A DNA stretch of 64,000 nt from positions 640,001 to 704,000 of the forward strand of contig CAWECG010000003.1 of assembly GCA_963807605.1 (NCBI GenBank). The letters run 5' to 3'. Origin of the DNA: Candidatus Bathyarchaeota archaeon. Lineage in GTDB: Archaea; Thermoproteota; Bathyarchaeia; 40CM-2-53-6; RBG-13-38-9. Made by a program: the position numbers and the translations under genes. This document shows positions 1-9,545 of the stretch, one piece after another. The notes under the pieces are model-generated. The model had not been told where the DNA came from and searched no databases. It saw only the letters and a list, made by a program, of their open reading frames with translations. Positions within the stretch are counted from its first letter, which is position 1, and each line of letters starts with the position of its first letter.

Positions 1-198
1 AAGGATCCGAAGGAGCTCTCAAGGATCTCTGTAGAGTCGATCATGGATGAGGCGTTTCCTACTGTGGATGAAGATGCTCCGGTAACAGTGATCTCTGCGC
101 TCCTTCAGTACAGCCAAGCTGTTCTCGTCACAAAGAAGGGGCAGATCAAGGGTATCGTTACTAAAGCAGACCTTCTCAAAGTCGTATCGACATACTAA
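1..198 (+). CDS. CBS-domain protein, C-terminal part (5' truncated by window)
   Basis: Frame 1 translates KDPKELSRISVESIMDEAFPTVDEDAPVTVISALLQYSQAVLVTKKGQIKGIVTKADLLKVVSTY*; V.xIM...P.V and GIVT.xDLL are CBS hallmarks. Confidence 0.8.
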   Translation, partial: KDPKELSRISVESIMDEAFPTVDEDAPVTVISALLQYSQAVLVTKKGQIKGIVTKADLLKVVSTY

Positions 199-207
199 AT
201 TTCTATA

Positions 208-1419
208 CTACTTCTTGCGTGCTGCTGCCACGATACTTATCACGTCTCTGTCCTTGACTACATAGTCGGTTGGCAATCTAAGGCCAGTTCTCGCGTCTAG
301 GGCATACAACATAGTCTTTGCCAGTTCAGTATGTATCTCCCGAGCGAGATCCTTGACATTAGCGTCGTATGGTATTAGGAGCGCGTCTGGGAGGATCCTT
401 CCCGAGTGGTCGGATAGTCGCTTGGCGTCTTCGACAGGGTACGCCGTATTCATGCCCAGCAGTTTGAATACGGACATGTTAATCGCAAATTGAACTCCAG
501 TGTTCACCCATCTGGTCAAAACCCGTTCCTGGACATAGCTTAGTGCCCATCTCTGATCTTCCGTGAGTTTGCTTTCATCCATAACTTGGAACTTCTCCTC
601 TCCTGGAACGTATCTGATGAATCCTTTCTCCTCAGCCCTTCGCAATGCAAGTTCCGCCTCGCTGCATGCAGGGACGACGAAGGAACCTTTGAATTCCTCT
701 GTCATGCGTTTATAGTTCTCGCTCGCATTCGCGATGTCCATCTTGTTCGCTATTATGATGGTGGGTTTTGCAATCCTCCTCAGCTCTTGGGCGAAGAGTT
801 TGACATCCTTTTCAGTCCATCTCTTTGGAGCTTTCTTTTCAAGTCCTGTATTGACAAGGGCGTCGTCGACGTGTTCGGGCTTAACTTTGAGCCCTGCTAT
901 TGATTGATATATGGACTCCCCGAGAGGTATGCCGGACTCAACCCTCTTCCTGATGCTCTTCAAACTCTTAGCGATAGACTTCACAAACCATGATACGATC
1001 TCTTCCTCAATGTCGTAGACATCCATGACGGGATTCCCGAGACCTGGCCTGGTTAACTTACCTTCAGCATCAACACCACCCGATGCGTCAGTTACATGGA
1101 TGAGCGCGTCTACTTGGGCTGCGACGCTTAGAAAGCGGTTGCCAAGGCCTCGACCTTCCCAAGAGCCTTTTATCAGACCTGGCAAGTCCACCAATTCAAC
1201 AGGTATGAATCGCCACCCTTCGATACAGGCAGAATTTCTCGGCTCATCCTTAACACCCAACTCCTTGCAGACGCAAATTGTTCTCACATAAGCAGTTCCC
1301 ATGTTAGGCTTCTTAGTCGTGAAGGGATATGTGGAGACCTCAGCCGTGAGAAGAGTCGCGGCGTTGAAGAAGGTGGTCTTGCCCGTATTGGTTTTGCCGA
1401 TAATTCCGATTCGAATCAT
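208..1419 (-). CDS. Obg/YchF-family GTPase/ATPase with C-terminal TGS domain
   Basis: GKTNTGKTT P-loop, YPFTT switch I, DLPGL, NKMD, TGS-like C-terminus; ATG at 1419 preferred. Confidence 0.92.
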   Translation of the reverse strand: MIRIGIIGKTNTGKTTFFNAATLLTAEVSTYPFTTKKPNMGTAYVRTICVCKELGVKDEPRNSACIEGWRFIPVELVDLPGLIKGSWEGRGLGNRFLSVAAQVDALIHVTDASGGVDAEGKLTRPGLGNPVMDVYDIEEEIVSWFVKSIAKSLKSIRKRVESGIPLGESIYQSIAGLKVKPEHVDDALVNTGLEKKAPKRWTEKDVKLFAQELRRIAKPTIIIANKMDIANASENYKRMTEEFKGSFVVPACSEAELALRRAEEKGFIRYVPGEEKFQVMDESKLTEDQRWALSYVQERVLTRWVNTGVQFAINMSVFKLLGMNTAYPVEDAKRLSDHSGRILPDALLIPYDANVKDLAREIHTELAKTMLYALDARTGLRLPTDYVVKDRDVISIVAAARKK

Positions 1420-1534
1420 TGGAAACCTATTTCTTATCAAGCCAACCTTCTAATAGGATTATCTTGGCTATTGATGTGGCAGTCTTAACTTAGAGGGTAA
1501 GCGTTTTCACTCAGAGGCTGAAGGTTAGGAGAAT

Positions 1535-2428
1535 TTGTCTGAAGCTCTAGAAAAGTATCTGGAAGCTGGCAAAATCGCGAGGAGGCTAAAGGATGAAGCT
1601 CGAGAGATAGTTGATGTTGGGGTCCCTCTGCTGGAAGTCTGTGAAAGACTTGAGCATCTGACTGTTGAACTTGGTGGCAAGCCAGCCTTTCCCGTCAACA
1701 TAGGTGTGAATGATGTGACTGCACACTATACATCGCCAGCCGGAGATCTCATTGTGGTCCCGGAAGGGTCAATCGTCAAGCTTGATGTGGGGGTCCACTT
1801 GGATGGTTATATTGCAGATACCGCAATAACAGTAGCCTTGAGCCCTGAGCATGAAGAGCTTATACTCTCAGCTCAGGCTGCACTTCAGAAAGCGGTCGAG
1901 ACGATCAAACCCGGCGTCAAGGTCTCGGAGGTCGGGGCCGCTATCGAAAAGACCATCAGCAGATTCGGTCACAAGCCGATAAGGAACCTGATGGGTCACA
2001 GGATTGAGAGGTACAGTCTGCATACAGGTAAGAGTATCCCAAATGTTTCTGGAATCGAGGGAGGCAAGATCGAAGAAGGTGAGATCTATGCTGTGGAGCC
2101 CTTCACAACCCTTCAAGAAGCAGCGGGATTTGTCAGGGACTCGAACGAGACTTTCATCTTTAGGTATAATAGGGAGAAGCGGGTGAAGTCCGTCGATGCT
2201 CGGACTCTTGTGGATCATGTCAAGAAGGAGCATAGGTTCCTTCCATTCGCCTCACGTTGGCTGCGCTCAGAAGTCCATCTTCCATCTTTTGAGACTGCCT
2301 TCCAAGAGTTGGTAGCCTCCAGGTGTATAATCCCGTACAGGGTTCTTGTGGAGGCGAGAGGATTTCCGGTCTCTCAAGCAGAGCATACCGTTATCGTGGA
2401 GAGGGATGGTTGTAGAGTAATAACCTAG
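1535..2428 (+). CDS. map: Type II methionine aminopeptidase
   Basis: AFPVN, AHYT, KLDVGVHLDGYIADTA, NLMGH, AVEPF, QAEHT motifs. Confidence 0.96.
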   Translation: MSEALEKYLEAGKIARRLKDEAREIVDVGVPLLEVCERLEHLTVELGGKPAFPVNIGVNDVTAHYTSPAGDLIVVPEGSIVKLDVGVHLDGYIADTAITVALSPEHEELILSAQAALQKAVETIKPGVKVSEVGAAIEKTISRFGHKPIRNLMGHRIERYSLHTGKSIPNVSGIEGGKIEEGEIYAVEPFTTLQEAAGFVRDSNETFIFRYNREKRVKSVDARTLVDHVKKEHRFLPFASRWLRSEVHLPSFETAFQELVASRCIIPYRVLVEARGFPVSQAEHTVIVERDGCRVIT

Positions 2429-2434
2429 GCTTGC

Positions 2435-2827
2435 CTATTGTTTTGGTGACTCTGAATAGATCGCGTTAACCAATAGGTCGCTGCTGCACTGTTGGCACGC
2501 CCCAACCTTCTTTTGGACATAGTCTCCAACCTTGAATTCTCTCACCTTCTTGAATCCGCACTTCTCACATAACTCCACAGTGACGGTCTTCAGGTCTTGG
2601 GTCTTGATGATCTGGATCCTCCTTCTCATAGTCGACAGAGAAGAGACTGATAACCCGACTCCGATGAAGCCCAAGACCAAGGTATAGTAGAAGCTCCCAG
2701 TCCGTTCGGCACTGTACTTTGTGATAGAGTCGAGTATGATGTAGGCTGAGTATGCGAAGACAGCGACGCTAAATATGATTGCCAAGTAGAAGTACAGGCC
2801 ACCTCTCTTCTTTTCCGTCTCATTCAC
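2435..2827 (-). CDS. Membrane protein (2 TM) with C-terminal Zn-ribbon
   Basis: Two hydrophobic helices, CEKC...CQQC; directly abuts upstream gene. Confidence 0.75.
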   Translation of the reverse strand: MNETEKKRGGLYFYLAIIFSVAVFAYSAYIILDSITKYSAERTGSFYYTLVLGFIGVGLSVSSLSTMRRRIQIIKTQDLKTVTVELCEKCGFKKVREFKVGDYVQKKVGACQQCSSDLLVNAIYSESPKQ

Positions 2828-3970
2828 CTACTGCCCTATTCCGATAGTATTTCCGATCCCTGCGACTATGATTGTCTCTGCTTCCTTGGTCTGCTCTTGT
2901 ATTAGACTCTTGATCTTTGCTATGACGTTGTCGGCGGCGTCTGTGATCTCTTTCTTCATTGGCATTATTGCCTCTTGAATGCTCTCCTTTACGATGAGCG
3001 CGTAGACTGGGATCTTGTATTTGGAGGCTTCTTCCTCTATCTTAAATCGTTCCGTTCCAATGCCACCAATAGCTGCGCCGATTCCCTCGCTGATTTCTCC
3101 GGTTTTCTCACCCTCAAACTTGAGGGCTGCATCAACCATTACTACCATTGCGATCTTGCCTTCGCGTTCCTGGATCAACTCCCTGATTGCGTCTCCTGGT
3201 TTCCCAACGTTGCCTCCGGGACCTTCAGCCTTGAGGGCGATGACGTGTCTGCCCTCGAGAGTGAGTTCTGATACTACTATGTCCTTCTCGACTTTTCTCT
3301 TTTCTTTGTCCTTCATGAGCTTTGAGGCAACGAGTGCACCTAAGCCGTCGCCTATTGGTTGGCCTTGGGCGAATGCTTTTGTTGCACCGACAAGTGCCTC
3401 AGCCTCCTGCATGATGAGTGGAAGGATCATCTGCAGCTGCAGGATCAGATAGAAGCTTTGGGTCTTCTTTCCCAGCAAATAGAAGTGTCTTACGATGCGG
3501 AATATCGTGTTTAGGGCCAGACTGCCCTCTACGAGATTCTCCAGATTATTTACCTGGGGTTCGTCAGCTTGGGGAGCAAGTCTTTTGATATCATCCTTGA
3601 ACTTGGTATCGCGGACATCCATCAGATGGTCGAGTTTCCACACTATCCCAGCAGGGTCCATGTCTACCGGTGATATGAAGAAGGATTCAAGAAGTGAATT
3701 GATGCGAGACGTTGGATCTTCCTTCGGTTTACCTACCTCGTTGAGAGTCTTGACGGTTAGGGTCTTGGCCTCGTTCTTCATAAACTCAAGTTTCTTCAGG
3801 GCCCCGGTCATATTCCAGATCATTGTCCAGAGCTGAATCTTCTGCCCGAAGAGGATGAAGAGAATGAATGAGAGATACATTAGTGTCGAGACTATTGTAC
3901 TGAGCGAGGAGTTTTCGCCAGTCAACGGTCCAAGCTGGAGAAGGTCAATTGGCAAGAATCTGTGCCTCAA
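2828..3970 (-). CDS. DUF1512-family conserved archaeal protein
   Basis: PIGDGLG, KAEGPGGNVGKPG, VDAALKFEGE, GIGNTIGI motifs; N-terminal TM. Confidence 0.85.
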   Translation of the reverse strand: MRHRFLPIDLLQLGPLTGENSSLSTIVSTLMYLSFILFILFGQKIQLWTMIWNMTGALKKLEFMKNEAKTLTVKTLNEVGKPKEDPTSRINSLLESFFISPVDMDPAGIVWKLDHLMDVRDTKFKDDIKRLAPQADEPQVNNLENLVEGSLALNTIFRIVRHFYLLGKKTQSFYLILQLQMILPLIMQEAEALVGATKAFAQGQPIGDGLGALVASKLMKDKEKRKVEKDIVVSELTLEGRHVIALKAEGPGGNVGKPGDAIRELIQEREGKIAMVVMVDAALKFEGEKTGEISEGIGAAIGGIGTERFKIEEEASKYKIPVYALIVKESIQEAIMPMKKEITDAADNVIAKIKSLIQEQTKEAETIIVAGIGNTIGIGQ

Positions 3971-4049
3971 ATATGAGTTGTCGTCTAAAAGGATTTAGAG
4001 GTAGTTATAAACCTTTCACGTAAAAAATCTCATGAAACTCGTGTTAAGA

Positions 4050-4176
4050 GGGGTTGGCAGCGGTCCAGGGTTCGCGTAGGCTCTCGCACAACACTACAGC
4101 CTGGTTCGCCTGGAAGATTCACTTCCGTGATCGGAACGGGTACGGGTCCTAGCTTCCAGCTATGGCCGCCAACCCC
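4050..4176 (-). rRNA. rrf: 5S rRNA (stand-alone)
   Basis: Minus strand GGGGTTGGCGGCCATAGC...ACCCGTACCCGTTCCGATCACGGAAGTGAA...CGCTGCCAACCCC; terminal helix and conserved loop C sequence. Confidence 0.93.
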
Positions 4177-4224
4177 GCCGTTAACACTGATCTTCGAACT
4201 TTTAATGATTTTGTTTGTCTGTTT

Positions 4225-5256
4225 TCAAGTCTGCGAGGTCAGAGTTCTTTGTTTAGAGTCGGAAGATACGCTGTAAGATTTGATCTCTTGTCTGGGTAAT
4301 GTGAAGATGAATGCTGCTCCCTTCCCTAAGCCTTCTGATTCGGCTAATATCTTGCCTCCGTGAGCTTCCACCAAACCTTTGGCCACGCTAAGGCCCAAGC
4401 CTGCACCCTCGATTTGGGTGGGTTTCTCAATAGTTGCGAATGGTTCGAAGACTCTTTCCAAGTTCTCCTTTCTGATCCCCGTCCCTGTGTCTGAGACGAT
4501 GATCTTGACGGTATCCGCATCTTCTTTGACAGTGATCTTAATCGAGCCCTTTTCCGGCGTAAATTTGGATGCGTTGGTAAGAAGGTTAGTTAGCACTTGG
4601 CTGAGTCTGATTGGGTCTGCTTCGATTGGGATGGTTGACTCACAAAGTTCTAGGGAGAAGTTCTGACCTTTTAGATGAAAGAGAGGTTGAATAGCCTGAA
4701 CGCATTGCCTAATGACCTCGGTAAAGTCCACAGGTTTCAGTTTCAACTGCAGCTTTCCGGATCTTAGTCGTTGAAGATCTAGTAGATCGTTTATTAGATA
4801 AAGCACTCTGTCGCAGTTCCGCTTCGCCCCCTCCAAGCAAGACTGAATCCTGACGAGTTCCAACGTTCTGGTCAGGGTGCTTTCGTTTACAATAGTGACT
4901 AGAGCATGATTCACGTAATCGTTAATGAATCTTAAAGGGGTTTGTAGCTCGTTAGTAACGGCCGATATGAGTTGGTCCTTCATTCTCTCCATTTGTTCGT
5001 GTTGGGTGAAAACGGGCTCAATACCTGGCGCGTGAGTATTATTTGCCTGTCTTGGGCGGGTAGGTTTTTCCTCAGCTGTATTCTCATTGCTGTCCTTCCG
5101 GTGTAAAATAAACTCGTTTGATGTAGGCGTGGGTCCTGATACATTTCTTGTGGGAGTTATGGTCGCTTCCAGGTTCTGCCCCCAAGAAAGTTCTGAGGGC
5201 TGACCTTTCAACTCGGCGAGTTTGCCGAGTCTCTGCCACTCACGCATTCGATCCAC
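4225..5256 (-). CDS. Histidine-kinase-like protein (HisKA + HATPase_c) lacking the phosphoacceptor His
   Basis: H-box reads VTNELQTPL; N box NLLTNA, G1 DTGTG, F box, G2 GAGLGL intact; start uncertain. Confidence 0.85.
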   Translation of the reverse strand: MDRMREWQRLGKLAELKGQPSELSWGQNLEATITPTRNVSGPTPTSNEFILHRKDSNENTAEEKPTRPRQANNTHAPGIEPVFTQHEQMERMKDQLISAVTNELQTPLRFINDYVNHALVTIVNESTLTRTLELVRIQSCLEGAKRNCDRVLYLINDLLDLQRLRSGKLQLKLKPVDFTEVIRQCVQAIQPLFHLKGQNFSLELCESTIPIEADPIRLSQVLTNLLTNASKFTPEKGSIKITVKEDADTVKIIVSDTGTGIRKENLERVFEPFATIEKPTQIEGAGLGLSVAKGLVEAHGGKILAESEGLGKGAAFIFTLPRQEIKSYSVSSDSKQRTLTSQT

Positions 5257-5560
5257 GCAACATCTCCCATCAAGGTTTGCGCAAATTTGGGTTCAATACT
5301 TCTCACAATATGGCGCCAAAGTTATACAAGATGAACTTCTTTCTGATTCAAGCCTGAATTTACCGAATAGTGTGCTCTTGAGAAAGCCTTTGCGTCACCT
5401 AAGTCTCAGCTAAGGAGTAACAAGACACCTGTGATCGGCATTTTTGGCTTTGCAGTCTGCAGATCGTTTCTTTCTTTAGAATACGAAGAGACAAAACTAG
5501 GCAGATGCGACACGCTAAAAGATTGATAACTTACTATTCTTCATTACTTCTCGAAGTTCT

Positions 5561-6520
5561 ATGAACACGATCACTAATCTGTATGGTGTTAAGCAACTAG
5601 CATTGAGACTCCGTAACTGGGGCAGATGGGGATCCGATGATGAGCTTGGAACATTGAACTTTGTTACTGAAGAGAAAATTGTTAGTGCGGCGCGTCTGGT
5701 CAGGAAGGGGAGAGTGTTCTCGTTGAGCATACCCTTTGACAACGCAGGGCCTCAGCGACCATTATTGGGTGAGAGGCGCTTCAATCCGATCCATACAATG
5801 TTGATGACTGGTGCAGATGTGACTGCAGATGCACCAATTCCTTGGCCCTTCTTTCGCGGCGCAGATGACCTTGTCATCTTACCTACCCAAGGCGCGACCC
5901 ACTGGGATGCCCTAAGCCATGTCTTCTACGAAGGAAAGATGTGGAATGGCTACGACTGCAGCTTGGTCACGAGTGCTGGTGCGCGGAAGAACGGCATCGA
6001 GAATTATAAAGACAAAGTCGTAGGTCGCGGAGTTCTTCTAGACATGGCGCGATGCAAGAAAGTCAATTGGCTTGCGCCTGGTTATGAGATAACATCTGAA
6101 GACCTGGACGAGTGCTCCACTTGGGAGAAAGTAAATGTCGAGCGGGGGGATTTCCTCTTGATTCGGACAGGTGGCATGAAACAGGTCAAGGAAAGAGGAG
6201 GGTGGAAGGACTACGCTGGAGGAGATGCGCCTGGATTAGCCATAGAGACTGCGGAGTGGCTTCACCGGCGCGAGGTTGCTGCAGTAGCCACAGATACGTG
6301 GGGCGTCGAGGTCAGACCAAACGCAACCAAAGATTGTATGCAGCCGTGGCATTTGGTTGTACTGCCAAATATGGGTCTCTTGATGGGAGAGATCTTTGAT
6401 CTTGAGGGACTCGCTGAAGATTGTGACGAGGACAAGGTCTACGAATTCATGTTCATAGCTCCTGTAATACCCTTCACGGGAGCTGTGGGATCCCCCACGA
6501 ATCCCTACGCGATAAAATAG
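5561..6520 (+). CDS. Cyclase-family (kynurenine formamidase-like) metal-dependent hydrolase
   Basis: NWGRWG.DDELGTLN, TQGATHWDALSH, GRGVLLD, GSPTNPYAIK. Confidence 0.92.
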   Translation: MNTITNLYGVKQLALRLRNWGRWGSDDELGTLNFVTEEKIVSAARLVRKGRVFSLSIPFDNAGPQRPLLGERRFNPIHTMLMTGADVTADAPIPWPFFRGADDLVILPTQGATHWDALSHVFYEGKMWNGYDCSLVTSAGARKNGIENYKDKVVGRGVLLDMARCKKVNWLAPGYEITSEDLDECSTWEKVNVERGDFLLIRTGGMKQVKERGGWKDYAGGDAPGLAIETAEWLHRREVAAVATDTWGVEVRPNATKDCMQPWHLVVLPNMGLLMGEIFDLEGLAEDCDEDKVYEFMFIAPVIPFTGAVGSPTNPYAIK

Positions 6521-6754
6521 GAATCGGCTTAAGATTCTCTACGTTGATTCCGTTACGCGTGTAACTCAAAACATCAGCGAGATCCAGCGAGCCATTATAA
6601 ATGGTTTAGTGGTGATGCACTCATCCGGCGAGCACATACAATAGTATACTGCTCGCTGGGCGAGCAAAGTTGATGATAAAGATTATTTTTCTAGGACTTG
6701 TAATGCTTCCCACAAAAACAATGATATGTGCGTTAATGTGACGGTGTAGATCGT

Positions 6755-7060
6755 TTGCGGAAAGTGAAATTCAATGCGCTGATTAATGTCTTCATTCTCA
6801 TCTTCTTCATAGTCTCAGGGACGTCGGGAATTATCGTGTGGACAGTCTTGCCTAGCGGAAGTAATGTGACATTGGGAGGAGGCAAGTTGCCTCAGGAAAA
6901 CCAAGAGCCCCCAGGTCAACAATTCCTTTACTTATCTCGCAATAATTGGATGGATATACACACCTATGTGAGCCTAATGTTCATTGTCCTTGTAGTAGCC
7001 CATGATGTGCTCCATTACAGCTGGTTCAAACGGTTGCCCAAGATATTATCGCGCGCTTAA
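6755..7060 (+). CDS. DUF4405-like small membrane protein (putative heme b binding)
   Basis: TM-SG...W.DIH.Y..L.F..L...H..LH.W pattern. Confidence 0.75.
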   Translation: MRKVKFNALINVFILIFFIVSGTSGIIVWTVLPSGSNVTLGGGKLPQENQEPPGQQFLYLSRNNWMDIHTYVSLMFIVLVVAHDVLHYSWFKRLPKILSRA

Positions 7061-7273
7061 TCTTATGTTGAGTCTTTGAATTTTTCATTATAAAGTCGAA
7101 GACCGGTAAGTATTGCCTCCTCTGCTTTTCTCGCGTTATCCCCTCCTTTGATCCTCACCCTTTTCTGGGGTCAATATGGGAGTGTCTGGGCTAGTGCAAG
7201 GGCTAATGGGTTAGGGATATGGGGATAGTTGGGTAGAATGATATTGTTCGTACTACTATCCTCCCCTACTTTG

Positions 7274-7337
7274 TACTACTTTAGTAGTATTCAACATAGG
7301 TAATTGGAATAGTACGTGTCAAGACTACTCAAGTAGT
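7274..7337. promoter_or_regulatory. Two ACTACT-N2-AGTAGT palindromes, candidate transcription-factor operators
   Basis: TACTACTttAGTAGTA at 7274-7289 and ACTACTcaAGTAGT at 7324-7337, half-site TACTACTA at 7251. Confidence 0.4.
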
Positions 7338-7599
7338 ACTATTCCCTGGGCTATCCAATATTATCCGTCTGCACAAATGACATTATCCTTCGTTATCCCA
7401 AGATCTCTGGTACATTGTCCTTTCTTAGGTGACTGTATGGATCGTGGAATTGAGGAAGTTCTACGAGAATTACTGAGCTTGGGAGAAAAGAAGCCCCGAT
7501 TCAGTGATGACTTGAAAAGAGGCCATAGATGGTTAGGGGATATAGATAACTGGCTGTTTGGTGTGGTCACGTGGATACTAGTTTTAGCGCGCGCGTGAC

Positions 7600-8031
7600 T
7601 CACTCGATACGTCTCTTAGCCCAGCGGACGACGCCGAAGATCGCCACCACTATGCCAATCAACAGTAGTACACCTATAGCCACTGACCCAATAACAGCGA
7701 CAATAACCGGTACGATGATACCAAACATCCAGAATGGAATTATCACGCCAAGACCAATGCGCCGGAACAACGCGATCCCAAAACCTACGCCAGGTACGAG
7801 AGAATTCGATCCCACCATTATCAAAGGCGCAACGTACAGACCAAACCTGTCTACAACCAAGTCAAGGCCGAATATCAAACCGAGAACAAAATACCAGTCA
7901 AGGCCAGCAAAGTTCCATCCTGCCAAGCCCTTGTGTTCATTATCTGCCCCTGGCGCACCTTGGCCAGCAACTCCGCCCGCAGCCACACCAACAGTAAACG
8001 ACACCCATCCCCTGTCACCAACCTCCCACAT
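7600..8031 (-). CDS. Hypothetical Gly-rich multi-TM membrane protein
   Basis: Several hydrophobic segments, basic C-terminus; start uncertain. Confidence 0.5.
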   Translation of the reverse strand: MWEVGDRGWVSFTVGVAAGGVAGQGAPGADNEHKGLAGWNFAGLDWYFVLGLIFGLDLVVDRFGLYVAPLIMVGSNSLVPGVGFGIALFRRIGLGVIIPFWMFGIIVPVIVAVIGSVAIGVLLLIGIVVAIFGVVRWAKRRIE

Positions 8032-8032
8032 G

Positions 8033-8476
8033 TCAGATGCCCTCCATTGCGGTCATACGGGTACGGCCCCAATGAGATGAGCAATCCTTGAGCAAGGATT
8101 GGCGTAGCTCCGAGGACCGAAAAGGCAACACCCATTGTCGCTTTTTGACAAAGGATTCGAACTCGTCATCTACATTCAATCGCATGTCTGTTGGTGCAAA
8201 TAGGATGGCTTTTGCATCTTGAAGATTGGCGCGAGTCACCTTGAAGGTCTCTCCAATTAAAGCTCCAGCATTTCCTCTGATAAGATCATCCATCCATATT
8301 TCGCCTGTACAATTAAGGCATGCGTGTATATTCGCAGCAGTCAGTCTCTCACCTAGAATTGCTACTGGCTCACCGTCCCCGACGCTCAACTGCATCATCG
8401 ATTTCTTACTAAGGCGAGCGATGCCATGACCGACATCACGTTCTTGAGCATTTCTAACAATAGGTGTTGATTCCAA
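8033..8476 (-). pseudogene. Truncated CDC48/VAT N-terminal domain (no AAA module)
   Basis: A.ERDVG.GIARL...M.QL....G, I.MD.LIR.NAGA.IGE...V, APTDMRLNVD.EF..FVK match CDC48-N; similarity breaks at a frame change near 8135. Confidence 0.7.
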
Positions 8477-8670
8477 AATTGAACCCCAAAAAGGAATTCT
8501 CGGCAGATTTCTTTACTGCTCTCCTTGACTAGAGCTATTAAAGGATTTTTCAATTGCGCCATCGATGACCGTAGCACGCGTAGAAGTTATGTCTACTCTT
8601 TCCCATATTCAACGTATGAGTCCTTGTTAACGCCAAGTACTTTCGTTTCTTCCAGTTCATTCGCTTCTTT

Positions 8671-8682
8671 TAGCGCGCGCTA
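8671..8682. repeat. Perfect copy of dispersed palindrome TAGCGCGCGCTA
   Basis: Read directly; same 12-mer at 29465, 38237, 45659. Confidence 0.9.
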
Positions 8683-8766
8683 GCATATGGCTCGAAACCA
8701 ATGCTTTTATTCAGCAACAGAATTAATCGGGAAAATAATCTACACGACTAGGAGTATTCTGTCTCA

Positions 8767-9396
8767 TTGCCCGAAAGTTCTACCGGCTTCAATTCTCGGC
8801 CTCGTGTCGAAACCTTATCTGATATGACATTTGGACTAGCTTTGTCGATAGGCGCGCTTTCTCTGCTCAGCAAACCGCCAAGCAACCCAGGGGAGATAAG
8901 AAGTGACATAGTCGGGTTTGCATTCAGTTTCCTCATCTTGATATTTGTGTGGGTAAGCTACACTCGCGTCATGTCTGTGCTCCCAATCGAAACTAGCATC
9001 ACCTTGTTTCTCAACATCGTGATGCTTTTCCTAGTAATAATTGAACCCTACTTGTTCTATCTGGTAAGCCAATTTGGACGTGCCGGCGAATATCGATTGA
9101 TAGAATATGCTTCCACCTTGTATGCCCTTGATATGGGTGGCCTCATGGCAATTCTAGCCTTCTTTAATTATGAACTCTCCGCAGAAGAAAAGAACCTCGT
9201 TCCGCAAGAAGTGCTTCCCAGACACAAACGCATCAGAAATATCCTCTTTGTGTCGGCGGGTTTGTTCTTCTTGACGGCTCTTCCACAGTTCTGGTCTTGG
9301 CAGATCGATAAAGCTCCATTGAGATTTTATTTCTGGCTCAGCCCGTTGGCAATCGCTTGGATTTCAAGAGGCCTGAGAAGCTTCCGAGATTCTTGA
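8767..9396 (+). CDS. TMEM175 (DUF1211) family K+ channel-like protein
   Basis: RVETLSDMTFGLAL resembles RxxxFSDxxFAIA; about 6 TM; SFLIL..W..Y. Confidence 0.8.
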   Translation: MPESSTGFNSRPRVETLSDMTFGLALSIGALSLLSKPPSNPGEIRSDIVGFAFSFLILIFVWVSYTRVMSVLPIETSITLFLNIVMLFLVIIEPYLFYLVSQFGRAGEYRLIEYASTLYALDMGGLMAILAFFNYELSAEEKNLVPQEVLPRHKRIRNILFVSAGLFFLTALPQFWSWQIDKAPLRFYFWLSPLAIAWISRGLRSFRDS

Positions 9397-9545
9397 AACG
9401 GACACAATCCTTACGCACGTACGACACATGAGCTTTTCCCCCAAAAAAAGGTAGGCTGGTTGGTGAACACTGACAACGGTTCAAATCAAGCCACCTCATA
9501 AGACAAGAGAAAAAGCGCGCGCTAATTGAATATCTAGTCAACAGA

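Noticed and set aside
6625-6659. Hairpin CCGGCGAGCA...TGCTCGCTGG (also 44759-44798) as a repeat family
   Set aside because: Only two loosely similar hairpins; insufficient support
7348-7362. GGGCTATCCAATATT as a second IS end
   Set aside because: Only partial similarity to the TIR, with no partner end or transposase
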